From Candidatus Velthaea sp. (GTDB taxonomy: Bacteria > Vulcanimicrobiota > Vulcanimicrobiia > Vulcanimicrobiales > Vulcanimicrobiaceae): 64,000 nt of DNA. Location of the stretch: positions 184,569 through 248,568 of the forward strand of contig CBDCCS010000016.1 in the NCBI GenBank assembly GCA_965214935.1. Reading direction: 5' to 3'. A program made the position numbers and the translations under genes. Shown piece by piece: positions 1 through 9,532 of this stretch. Position 1 is the first letter of the stretch. Each line of letters starts with the position of its first letter. The notes beneath the pieces are model-generated. The model did no database searches. It worked only from the letters and a program-made list of their open reading frames with translations, and was not told where the DNA came from.

Positions 1-939
1 GCCGGGGCGCTGCGCACCGCCGGCGTGTTGATTCCGCAAGCCGGCCGGCCCGCGGGCAGCGACGGCCACCACAATATCGCTTGGCAACTCAGCGGCGACC
101 GAAGATTTTCGGCCGACGATGGAACGCTTGCCGACCTCATCGAAGAGGTCAGGACCGTCGGCGCTCCGGCCGTCTGCATCAGTTCCGAAGATTTCGAGTA
201 CCTCGGAGCGGAACCGGCGGCGTTGCAGCAATTGCGATTCGCATTCGAGCGGATCGGCTACAACGTAGCCGCCGTCATTTATCTCCGCCCGCAAGCTGAA
301 TACGCCGAATCGCTCTACGCCGAACTTCTCAACCACGGGTACGCACGGTCCTTTGAAGCGTACCTCGAGTCGCTGCTCACCGATGGTGCCGTAGCATTCG
401 GTCGTTGGCGTTTTGTTTTTGATTACGATCTGTTAGTGGGCACGTTCGCCGCGATTTTCGGACCGGAACGTCTCATCGTTCGGCCGTATCTAAGCCGCCG
501 AATCTTCGGCTCGCTCAGCGACGATTTGTTGCGGACGCTTTGCGGCGCGAATACGAGCCGCCTACTTTTAAAGCATCGCGAACGGCGATTAAACGCGGGT
601 CCGAGCTTTGCTGCAGTCGTGCGCCGGTACCGTCAAAATCTCCAAGCCGCCGGCTATGGCGGAAAGCTCGTCCTTCAGAACCTGCCCGCCGGTCGTCGCC
701 GCTTCGATCCGCTGCGTTTAGCGGATGTCGAACGCATCGCACGCCGCTTCGCTGCCGGAAATCAGCGTATCTTTCGGCGCTACGGCGTTTCGATCGCTTG
801 CATCACCCGTCATCAATTATTGGCCGACGTCATTGCAGCGCTCGGGTTTGGGCGCGGCGCGCGAAATTTGAGCGATCTCTTCGCTGTCGAACCGGGCGAA
901 GGTGCACTCGATCGGCGAGCAGCGGTCACGACCGGCTGA
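1..939 (+). CDS. Sulfotransferase-like/P-loop-fold hypothetical protein, 5'-truncated by the window
   Basis: Frame is open from base 1. Motifs ISSEDF, YLRPQAEYAESLYAE and RRLNAG resemble uncharacterised sulfotransferase-like proteins. Confidence 0.55.
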   Translation, partial: AGALRTAGVLIPQAGRPAGSDGHHNIAWQLSGDRRFSADDGTLADLIEEVRTVGAPAVCISSEDFEYLGAEPAALQQLRFAFERIGYNVAAVIYLRPQAEYAESLYAELLNHGYARSFEAYLESLLTDGAVAFGRWRFVFDYDLLVGTFAAIFGPERLIVRPYLSRRIFGSLSDDLLRTLCGANTSRLLLKHRERRLNAGPSFAAVVRRYRQNLQAAGYGGKLVLQNLPAGRRRFDPLRLADVERIARRFAAGNQRIFRRYGVSIACITRHQLLADVIAALGFGRGARNLSDLFAVEPGEGALDRRAAVTTG

Positions 940-1076
940 ACCTCGGCTAAACGCGGCGCAGCAAATGCGTCATGCCGGCAATGCGATCGATGTCCAATTG
1001 AAACGAAGGTACGTCGGCGGCATAGGAAATGGGCGGGGGACTCGCCGCACTTCGATCGGAACAAGAAGCGCTTCCA

Positions 1077-1964
1077 ATGGCTACGACTCTGCTGCCCGAG
1101 CCTGCGGTCGCGGACGATACGACTTCGCGCGGCTTCATCACCGACGTCTGGCGCCGCTTCCGGCGTGCACCGGGAGCGCTCATCGGCGCGGGTGTGGTCG
1201 CGCTTATTTTGCTGCTCGCACTTTGCGCGCCGCTCGTAGCGACCTCCGATCCGCTGGCCCAGAATCTCGCGCTGCAAGGCCAACCGCCGAGCAGCGCGCA
1301 CTGGTTCGGTACCGATAAACTCGGGCGCGATCTCTTCGCGCGCGTCATCTACGGTGCACGCATTTCGATTCGGATCGGTTTCGTTGCGGTCGGCTTAGCC
1401 ATAACCGCCGGTACGCTCATCGGACTTATCGCCGGCTATGCCGGAGGCCGGCTCGACACGCTGCTCATGGGCGCAATGGACGTGATGCTGGCGTTTCCGT
1501 CAATCATATTGGCAATTGCAATTACGACGATTCTCGGACCGAGCATCACCAATCTCATGATCGCCGTCGGTATCGTCTACGTTCCGCAATACGCCCGGCT
1601 CGCGCGTTCTTCGGTGCTCGACGTGCGTGAAACCGAATTTGTCGAAGCTGCGCGCGCGATCGGCGCCCAGACGCCGATCATTCTGCTGCGGCATATCTTA
1701 CCGAACATCTTGACGCCTCTGCTGGTGCAGGCGACCCTGGGCGTTGCGACGGCCGAACTAGAAGCCGCGGGCTTATCCTATCTTGGCCTGGGAGCGCGGC
1801 CGCCGATGCCCGAGTGGGGCGCGATGCTCAACGATGCGCGCGATTATTGGGTGAGCGCGCCGTGGGCGTTGATCTTTCCGGGCGCCTCGATCACTTTATT
1901 AGTGCTTGGTTTCAATTTACTCGGCGACGGTTTGCGTGATGCGCTCGATGTGAAAGGCCGCTAA
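1077..1964 (+). CDS. Peptide/nickel ABC transporter permease (DppC/OppC family)
   Basis: HWFGTDKLGRDLFARVIYGARIS, EFVEAARAIGA (EAA loop) and FNLLGDGLRDALD. ATG 1077 preferred over 1029. Confidence 0.9.
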   Translation: MATTLLPEPAVADDTTSRGFITDVWRRFRRAPGALIGAGVVALILLLALCAPLVATSDPLAQNLALQGQPPSSAHWFGTDKLGRDLFARVIYGARISIRIGFVAVGLAITAGTLIGLIAGYAGGRLDTLLMGAMDVMLAFPSIILAIAITTILGPSITNLMIAVGIVYVPQYARLARSSVLDVRETEFVEAARAIGAQTPIILLRHILPNILTPLLVQATLGVATAELEAAGLSYLGLGARPPMPEWGAMLNDARDYWVSAPWALIFPGASITLLVLGFNLLGDGLRDALDVKGR

Positions 1965-2800
1965 TCTCCGCAATCACGCTATCGGTCCTCGCGGCACTGG
2001 TCTACGGAGCTGCGGATTTCCTCGGCGGCGTCGCCAGCCGCCGGACGTCGACGCTCGCCGTCGTCATCTGGTCGCAAGCCGCCGGACTCATCGTCTTGGC
2101 AGCAGCGCTTCCGTTTTTACCCGGTGCGCTGCACGTTCAAGATTTGGCCTGGGGCGCGCTGTGCGGCGTCATCGGCGCCGCCGCCGTCGGACTGCTTTAT
2201 CGCGGCTTAGCGATTGGAACGATGGGTGTCGTCTCTCCGATTACCGCCGTGCTTTCGGCATTGCTGCCGATCGGCTTCGGGCTCGCGCGCCGGCAGTTTC
2301 CGACAACGGAAGCGTGGACCGGCATCGGACTAGCGCTTATTGCCGTCACCGCCATCGCCGCTCAACCGCCGGCAAGCACCGATAGAGCTACGCGCGGCTT
2401 AGCCGAAGCACTCGGCGCCGGCATGCTCTTCGGGCTGTTCTTCATCGTGCTCGCGCAGACGCGCAGCGATGCGGGTTTATTTCCGCTCGTCGGAGCGCGT
2501 GCCGCTTCGTTAGTCGTCTTTCTCATGGTCGCGCTCGTGCTGCGCGCAAATATCGTACCGTCGCACAACGCGCTGGCGGCAACCGCGGCGGGCGGCGTTT
2601 TCGATATGCTTGCGAACGTGCTTTACTTGCTCGCCGCCCATCGCGGAATGCTCGCGATCGTCGCCGTTCTAACCGCCTTATATCCGGCGTCGACGGTTGC
2701 GCTTGCCGCCCTTGTCTTGCACGAGCGGCTGCGCGCCTTGCAATGGGTCGGCGTCGGCGTTGCCCTTGTTGCCGTCGGTCTGTTGACGGCGGGGCGTTAA
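1964..2800 (+). CDS. DMT/EamA family transporter
   Basis: About 10 hydrophobic helices, LYPASTV and LHERL. The family-typical N-terminus (LAALVYGAADFLGG) lies upstream of the ORF-track start at 2096, and the frame is open from the ATC at 1964. Confidence 0.8.
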   Translation: MSAITLSVLAALVYGAADFLGGVASRRTSTLAVVIWSQAAGLIVLAAALPFLPGALHVQDLAWGALCGVIGAAAVGLLYRGLAIGTMGVVSPITAVLSALLPIGFGLARRQFPTTEAWTGIGLALIAVTAIAAQPPASTDRATRGLAEALGAGMLFGLFFIVLAQTRSDAGLFPLVGARAASLVVFLMVALVLRANIVPSHNALAATAAGGVFDMLANVLYLLAAHRGMLAIVAVLTALYPASTVALAALVLHERLRALQWVGVGVALVAVGLLTAGR

Positions 2801-2858
2801 CGTTAACACAGATGCACGGCTCGACCGGCGCTCCGCGCATACCGTGAGGGCCGCGCTA

Positions 2859-3932
2859 TTACAGCGACGCCCAGACGTCGAGCTTTGTTTTCACCTTATT
2901 GATAACCGACTCGGTGAACTCCGTCGTCGACGAATGGCCGCCGAGATCGCTCGTTGCCGTTCCCTCGCGTACGCTTTCGAGTACCGCCTCATAGATCGCG
3001 CGCGATGCGTTCGTCGCGCGGCGGTCGTCGATATAGGCGAGCAGCGCCGCTTCGGCCAGAATCATCGCCATCGGATTGGCGACATTTTTGCCGAATAGCC
3101 GCGGCGCGGTTCCGTGCGGCGCCTCGGCCATGACGACATTCGGACGCAAGTCGGAGCCGAACGACAGCAAGACCGATTCGGCACCGGCGATCGAACCGAA
3201 CAGTTGCATCACCAAGTCGGAAAGGCAATCGCCGTCGCGATTGAGCGACGGAATAACCATCGCATCGCCGGCCGACGCGATCAGCAGCGCATAGGTGGCG
3301 TCGATGAGTTGCGGCTCGTAGGTCACGTCGGGATAGCGCGCCGCGGCGGCATCCATCTCTTCTTTGAGCATGCCCTCGTACACCGGGCTCACCGTGTACT
3401 TCGGGCCGCCGAAGACTTTCGACCCGGTTCGGCGCGCGTGAAAAAAGGCGTACTCGGCAACGTTCCGGCACACCGACCGCTCGATGCGCTCGGTGCGGAA
3501 CGCAACTTCGTCGTCACCTTCGCCTTCGCGCCATTCTTTGGCCCCGTATGCATCGCCGACGGCCATGCGCACGACCGAGATCGGTGCGTGAATCCCGGCC
3601 ACGGGCCGCACTCCGGGAATGCGCCGGCCGGTACGCACGATGACCTCGCCGTCTATTTCTTTGCGGAGGATTGCGTTGGGTGAACCGACATCGTGACGCG
3701 TCTCGGGCGTGATCGTCGCCGCTTTCAATCCGAGCTTCGAGGCTTTCATCGCCGTCGCCGCTTCATGCACGATCCCATTGTTCGTTGCACGGCGGTTTTC
3801 GAGCGACAAATCGAAGTGCGTGAGCTCGATATCGAACCCGACCACGTCGGGTGCGATAACGCGCAGCGATTCGACCAGCAATTCTTGACCGGTCTGGTCG
3901 CCGTCGAGGACGACGATAGCGGGCTTAGCCAC
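2859..3932 (-). CDS. Isocitrate/isopropylmalate dehydrogenase family protein
   Basis: IVVLDGDQTGQE, NRDGDCLSDL and EAPHGTAPRLFGKNVANPMAMI. GTG start at 3932; the ORF-track extension overlaps ftsK. Confidence 0.88.
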   Translation of the reverse strand: MAKPAIVVLDGDQTGQELLVESLRVIAPDVVGFDIELTHFDLSLENRRATNNGIVHEAATAMKASKLGLKAATITPETRHDVGSPNAILRKEIDGEVIVRTGRRIPGVRPVAGIHAPISVVRMAVGDAYGAKEWREGEGDDEVAFRTERIERSVCRNVAEYAFFHARRTGSKVFGGPKYTVSPVYEGMLKEEMDAAAARYPDVTYEPQLIDATYALLIASAGDAMVIPSLNRDGDCLSDLVMQLFGSIAGAESVLLSFGSDLRPNVVMAEAPHGTAPRLFGKNVANPMAMILAEAALLAYIDDRRATNASRAIYEAVLESVREGTATSDLGGHSSTTEFTESVINKVKTKLDVWASL

Positions 3933-3995
3933 GCGCCGAGGCTTCGCGCGCGTGCTGGCGGAGTCCGGCGTTCGCACGAAGTATTCTTGCGTCCA

Positions 3996-6344
3996 ATGGC
4001 ACGCGTACGGCGTAAGGCCGCGGCGGCAACACAAATGAATTTCGAGCTCGCGGGAATTGCGGCGCTCGGCTTGGCGTTGCTGCTCGGGATCGCAATTCTT
4101 CTGCCCGCAACCCGCACGGGGGCGGCGGGCGGAGCGACCGCACATGCGCTGCGGTGGACGTTCGGCACGGCAGCAGGCTGGTTTCCCTGCCTCGTTGCGC
4201 TGATCGGCGCGATCGTGTTTCTCGAAATAAACGTCCCTAAAATGATCGCAACGCTCGGGGCGGCTGCGCTCGGCTTCTTCGTCATTATCGACACGGCGCT
4301 CGGCCCAAGCGGCGGCGCGCTGGGGCGTACGCTCGATACCAGCCTCGGCACGCTCGTGGGCGATATCGGTGAAAAGATCGTGCTGCTCTTCGCCGCGTTG
4401 ACGATCGCAGTCCGGATTACGAACGTGTCGGTCAAGAAAACGATCGGCTGGGCTATTGCGCGGATCGCCGCCTTACGGCCGGCGCCGCGTTCGCGAGCGC
4501 AGCCGGTTGTCGCCGGGCGCAGCTCGGCCGCGACTATCGCTCCTCCCGGTCCGCGCAGCCTGCGCGAAGCGTTTCACCTGCCGGCCGTACTCCCGCGCGC
4601 CGTCAAGCGAAGTGCCGAAACCACCGCCGCGACAACGGCGGCGCCGGCTCCGTTCGCCGTGCCGCCCAAACCGATTTACGACGTGGCTGCCGACGATGAG
4701 TATGTTGAAGATCCCGACGCCGAAGATTTTGACGAGGAGCTCGAAGACGAGGACGGCGCTGCTGAGGACGGCGCTAACGAAAACAATGAGGCCGCGGACG
4801 ACGGCATCGACGCTCAAGGCGACGACGGTGCGTTGCGCGGCGTTTCGCCCGGCGACGTTGAGCGCGAAGCTGACGCTCCGGTGGCGGGCGACTACGAACC
4901 GGCCGGCGTCCGCCGTTCGTACCGCCTGCCGGATCTTTCGATCTTCGATCCGGCGCAAGCCCAGCACGTCGATCAATCGAATCGCGCGGTCGTCCTGGAA
5001 GATACGCTGGCATCGTTCGGCGTCGGCGCGAAAGTCACGCATATCGAACGTGGACCGTCAATTACACGCTACGAACTCAAACCCGAGCGCGGAGTAAAGA
5101 TCTCGCGCATTTCGGCACTCACCGACGATCTCGCGCTTGCGCTGGCGGCGACGTCGGTACGCATCGAAGCGCCGATTCCCGGCAAATCGGCGGTCGGCAT
5201 CGAGGTGCCGAATGCAACGGTTTCGATCGTGGCCATTCGCGAGATCCTCGAAGCGCTACCGCAGCGCGGCGTGGTGCCGCCGCTCAACATGGCGCTCGGC
5301 AAAGACATTACCGGTCGCGTCGTCTTCGGCGATCTGGGGAAGATGCCGCATTTGCTGGTCGCGGGTGCGACGGGTTCGGGTAAATCCGTCTGCCTCAACT
5401 GCATCATCGCGACGTTGCTCGCAAACGCCACGCCCGACCAAGTACAGATGCTCATGATCGATCCCAAGCGGGTCGAACTCACCGTCTATAACGGCATCCC
5501 GCATCTGATCAAAGACGTCATCACCGATGCCAAAATGGCCGCCGGTGCGTTGTTCGAGATGACCAAAGAGATGGATAGCCGCTACGAACGGTTCGCCAAA
5601 GCCGGCGTGCGCAAAATCGAAGAATATAATGCAAAATTTCCCGACGAGCATTTACCGTACGTCGTCATTATTATCGATGAGCTGGCAGACTTGATGCTCA
5701 TCGCGCCGGCCAAAGTCGAAACGACGATTTGCCGCCTCGCTCAACTTGCGCGCGCAACCGGCATCCATCTCATCGTCGCAACGCAGCGACCGTCGGTCGA
5801 CGTCATTACCGGTATCATCAAAGCAAATATCCCGTCGCGCATCGCTTTTGCGGTGAGCTCGCAAGTCGATTCTCGGACGATTCTGGACATGGGCGGAGCC
5901 GAACGGCTCTTGGGCCGCGGCGACATGCTGTATCTGCCGATCGATGCCCCCAAACCCGTCCGCTCGCAAGGCGCGCTCGTCACGAGTGCCGAGATCTCGC
6001 GACTAGTTGAATTTTGGGCGCGGCAAGGCCGGCCGGAGAATCTACTCGATGTCGAGGTCGTGCCGATCGAGGCGGACGACGATACGAGACTCAATGCCGA
6101 TCCGCTTTGTTACGACGCGGCGAAGTTCATCATCGAAACAAATTACGCGTCGACGGCGCAGCTACAGTCGCAATTCTCGATCGGTCACCCGCGCGCGGTA
6201 CGTTTGATGAAGCAACTTGAAGACTTCAAAGTCGTCGGTTCTCACGAGGGGACGAAGCCGCGCAAGATCTTGCTGGGACTCATGGATTTGGAAATCATCG
6301 CGCCGCGATTAGGCAAAAGCGATAAGCAGCCGGAACTCTTTTGA
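3996..6344 (+). CDS. ftsK: DNA translocase FtsK/SpoIIIE
   Basis: N-terminal TM helices, acidic linker, RIEAPIPGKSAVGIEVPN, Walker A GATGSGKS, IIIDELADLM, ATQRPSVDVITG and a C-terminal gamma domain. Confidence 0.96.
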   Translation: MARVRRKAAAATQMNFELAGIAALGLALLLGIAILLPATRTGAAGGATAHALRWTFGTAAGWFPCLVALIGAIVFLEINVPKMIATLGAAALGFFVIIDTALGPSGGALGRTLDTSLGTLVGDIGEKIVLLFAALTIAVRITNVSVKKTIGWAIARIAALRPAPRSRAQPVVAGRSSAATIAPPGPRSLREAFHLPAVLPRAVKRSAETTAATTAAPAPFAVPPKPIYDVAADDEYVEDPDAEDFDEELEDEDGAAEDGANENNEAADDGIDAQGDDGALRGVSPGDVEREADAPVAGDYEPAGVRRSYRLPDLSIFDPAQAQHVDQSNRAVVLEDTLASFGVGAKVTHIERGPSITRYELKPERGVKISRISALTDDLALALAATSVRIEAPIPGKSAVGIEVPNATVSIVAIREILEALPQRGVVPPLNMALGKDITGRVVFGDLGKMPHLLVAGATGSGKSVCLNCIIATLLANATPDQVQMLMIDPKRVELTVYNGIPHLIKDVITDAKMAAGALFEMTKEMDSRYERFAKAGVRKIEEYNAKFPDEHLPYVVIIIDELADLMLIAPAKVETTICRLAQLARATGIHLIVATQRPSVDVITGIIKANIPSRIAFAVSSQVDSRTILDMGGAERLLGRGDMLYLPIDAPKPVRSQGALVTSAEISRLVEFWARQGRPENLLDVEVVPIEADDDTRLNADPLCYDAAKFIIETNYASTAQLQSQFSIGHPRAVRLMKQLEDFKVVGSHEGTKPRKILLGLMDLEIIAPRLGKSDKQPELF

Positions 6345-6979
6345 TCGCGCATTCGCGCACGCGCGCGGCCGCGCTTTCACTGATTTGCGCGATCCTCTAC
6401 GCGTTGCTCGGTGCAAGCGTTTCGCACTCGGCGCCGGACGGCGTCGACATCGCGGGACGTGCGGTCGCCGGCGAAGCTCCGGCCGTGGCGTGGGTTTTTA
6501 CCGCATCATGCCTTTGGCCGACGCTCCTAGCATTCGGTATCGCCGGCTGCGTCGTCGCCGCGTTCGTCCCGGCGTGGCGCTTCCGCATCTTCTTCGCCAT
6601 CGTAACAACGCTTGTGACCTGGCAACTCAGCAACGGGCTCAAAGACGTCTTCCTGCGGCCGCGGCCGGCGTATTGGATCGTCCATCACGAGTCGACGTAC
6701 TCATATTCGAGCGGTCACGCGATGTTCGCCGTGATCGTCTACGGCTTGTGGGCGTGGTACGTCGCGCGCAGTTCGATGCCGGCACGGCTGCGCGGCATCC
6801 TCGCAACGCTTCTGAGCTTATGGGGTGCCGGCGTCATCTGGTCGCGGCTGGCTCTGGGTGCGCACTACGTTACCGATCTCATCGGCGGCGTGCTGCTCGC
6901 GGCTAGCGCTCTAGCCGCCGCCGCAACGATCGCTTCGATCGCCCCGCAACGTTTTCGCGGTCGAACGATCGGTGCGTGA
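6341..6979 (+). CDS. PAP2 family membrane phosphatase
   Basis: KDVFLRPRP, SSGHA and SRLALGAHYVTD motifs. The TTG start overlaps the ftsK stop. Confidence 0.9.
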   Translation: MIAHSRTRAAALSLICAILYALLGASVSHSAPDGVDIAGRAVAGEAPAVAWVFTASCLWPTLLAFGIAGCVVAAFVPAWRFRIFFAIVTTLVTWQLSNGLKDVFLRPRPAYWIVHHESTYSYSSGHAMFAVIVYGLWAWYVARSSMPARLRGILATLLSLWGAGVIWSRLALGAHYVTDLIGGVLLAASALAAAATIASIAPQRFRGRTIGA

Positions 6980-7222
6980 TGTTACGCACCTGCTCGCTTT
7001 TCAGCAGTTCGGCGTGGGTTTTCGTCTAATAACCACCGTGTGGACGGAGAAACGCGCATCTTCGCCGGCATTTTGCGTGCGCTTCTGGTAGTTATGTAAT
7101 GTAATCGTGCGATTCGACGACCGCGGCGCTCAGACAGACAAGACGGCTGCACCATGCGACCGAGCGCGAGCGAATAGCGTCCGGCGATGGTTCGCGCCTG
7201 CGTCCGGTTTGTATTTGGACGC

Positions 7223-9520
7223 ATGACGGCTTACTTAAATCCGTTGCAAAGCGATCTCGAGTATCTTATCACCCGCTTTGAGACAGATCTTTTTAGCGGC
7301 CGAACCGAGGCCGGAGTTGCCAAGCTCGAAGCGATGATCCCGCTCGTCGAACAATGTGGTGAGGCCTCGCTGCTCGGTCGCGCGTTGTGTCTCAAAGCCC
7401 GGCTCTACGTCATTCAAGGCCGGCACGAAGCCGCGACGCAGTCGGCCCAAGCTGCATTGCAAGCCTTCGACCGGCTCGATGCCGCTGCGGCACGCAGTTA
7501 TGCCGGGTGGCACGCTGAAACGTTTCGGACAATCGCAACCGCGCAAGTCAAGCTTGGACGCATTGCCGAGGCGCTGCCGAATCTCGAACAGGCCGTTCGC
7601 ATTGCGCAAGCCGGCGTCGATGCTGCAAATGATTCGCCGGGCCGCACCGCCGACGCATTCGTGCAACGTGCGTTGTGCGCGCTTATTCGCGGGCTCGTTA
7701 CCTTAGGCGTCTCGCTCTTCACCATCCGCGAGATCGATATTGCGATCCAGGTGTACGAACGGGCGATCGCGCTTGCCGATACGCAACCGATTTCTTACGA
7801 ACTTTTTGCCGACGATATCATGCTCGCTTTCTGGAACCTGACCGATGCGCTGCACAAACGCGCGGCTCACCGGCGTACCGCGGGCGACCTGCACGGCGCT
7901 GCCGCCGACGTCGCGGCAGCGGGTCAGCTGCTGGACCCGACGACCTGGAAAATTTACCGGGCACATTCCGACCTTGCAACGGCGGCTCCGGAGGCCTTAC
8001 TCGCGCGACTCAGCGTTCATTCGCGCGAAGCCTATTTTGCTTCGATGGGGCGTCACTTACTGATCGCCGGACGGCCGCTCGATGCACGCGCGATGTTTGA
8101 ATGTCAGCTTATCGAGGCCGGCCGTAAAGCGTTTGCCGATGATTGGGCGGCATCCGACGCACACGCCGGGATCGCGCAGGCGTCACTCGAACTCGGCCGG
8201 CTGCAAGAAGCGCTCGATCACTGCTCGCTGGCGCTGCAGTCGCTCGACCGGCACGACGAATCCGAAACACGCGCGACGGTTTTACTCGTCCGCGCGACGG
8301 CGTACCAGCTGCTCGAAGACTTCGAGGCGGCCTATGTGTCGCTCGACGAACACCATCGGATTCGCCGCAATCTTGAAGCCGCGGCGTCGCAGCAGTATGC
8401 CGCACACATGACGTTGCGACTCGATCTCGAGCGCGCGCGCTCCGATGCCGAGTCCCATCAACAGCTTGCCGCAACGCTGCAAACCATGGCCCGCGTCGGC
8501 CAGGATATCACCGCGAACCTCCACGCCGGCGCGATTTTGGCGTTGCTTCACCGCTACGTCACGGCGTTGCTCGATGTGCCCGCATTTGGCGTTTGGTTGC
8601 TCGATGCGGCCGGTGCGTCGCTCGATCTCGCATTCGGTATCGAGGACGGACAGGCGATCGAGGCCATGAGCGTCGCACTCGACCATCCGGACTCGCTGGC
8701 CGCACGCGCCGTACGTGAACGGCACGAAATTGCTTACGAGTCGCCGCCCGATATCGCGCCGGTGCTGACCTTACCCGGCACGCGATTGCTGCCGGCCGTT
8801 TTGTTTGCACCGTTGATGGTCGCCGGCCGCGTTCTCGGCGTCGTCTCGGTTCAGTCGGATCGCCCGGCCGCGTTTAGTGAAAGCGCGCGCTCGATCTTTC
8901 GCACGCTGTGCACGTACGTCGCGATCGGTCTGGATAATGCGGCGGCATACGCGAAATTAGGCACGACCGTGGACGAGTTACGTCAAACGCAAGCCGAGCT
9001 GGCACTGCGGACCGCGCAATACGAGCGGCTGTCGAAAACCGATCCGCTCACGGAAATAGCGAACCGCCGTCACTTGCAGGAACGCGCCGCCATCGAGATC
9101 GCCGAGCTCAAACGGCACGATGGAAATTTATCCGTGGTGATGTTCGACATCGATCACTTTAAGAGCGTTAACGATACGTACGGACATGCCGCCGGCGATG
9201 CCGTTATCCAGAATGTCGCGCGCGTCGCCAAACAATGGGTACGGCCGGTCGATGTTTTGGCGCGCATCGGCGGCGAAGAGTTCGCAGTCCTTTTGCCCGG
9301 TGCGAAATTGAACGATGCACTCGAAGTTGCCGAGCGCATCCGATTGAGCATCGACGCGTCGGGAGTCGAATGGAACGGCGAAACGATTCATGCGACGTCA
9401 AGTTTCGGCGTGGCGGAATTTGATGCTTCGCTCGACGAACTCGATCGAGCGCTCAATCATGCCGACGCGGCGCTGTATGCAGCAAAGAAAGCCGGCCGCA
9501 ACCGCGTCAAGCATGCCTAG
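7223..9520 (+). CDS. Diguanylate cyclase with TPR-like N-terminus and GAF domain
   Basis: Helical repeats, GAF (APLMVAGRVLGVVSVQS...IGLDNA), TDPLTEIANRR, DIDHFKSVNDTYGH, RIGGEEF and ADAALYAAKKAGRN. Confidence 0.92.
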   Translation: MTAYLNPLQSDLEYLITRFETDLFSGRTEAGVAKLEAMIPLVEQCGEASLLGRALCLKARLYVIQGRHEAATQSAQAALQAFDRLDAAAARSYAGWHAETFRTIATAQVKLGRIAEALPNLEQAVRIAQAGVDAANDSPGRTADAFVQRALCALIRGLVTLGVSLFTIREIDIAIQVYERAIALADTQPISYELFADDIMLAFWNLTDALHKRAAHRRTAGDLHGAAADVAAAGQLLDPTTWKIYRAHSDLATAAPEALLARLSVHSREAYFASMGRHLLIAGRPLDARAMFECQLIEAGRKAFADDWAASDAHAGIAQASLELGRLQEALDHCSLALQSLDRHDESETRATVLLVRATAYQLLEDFEAAYVSLDEHHRIRRNLEAAASQQYAAHMTLRLDLERARSDAESHQQLAATLQTMARVGQDITANLHAGAILALLHRYVTALLDVPAFGVWLLDAAGASLDLAFGIEDGQAIEAMSVALDHPDSLAARAVRERHEIAYESPPDIAPVLTLPGTRLLPAVLFAPLMVAGRVLGVVSVQSDRPAAFSESARSIFRTLCTYVAIGLDNAAAYAKLGTTVDELRQTQAELALRTAQYERLSKTDPLTEIANRRHLQERAAIEIAELKRHDGNLSVVMFDIDHFKSVNDTYGHAAGDAVIQNVARVAKQWVRPVDVLARIGGEEFAVLLPGAKLNDALEVAERIRLSIDASGVEWNGETIHATSSFGVAEFDASLDELDRALNHADAALYAAKKAGRNRVKHA

Positions 9521-9532
9521 CGCGGCGCACCG

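Noticed and set aside
4690..4830. Asp/Glu-rich repetitive stretch in ftsK
   Set aside because: Ordinary disordered FtsK linker.
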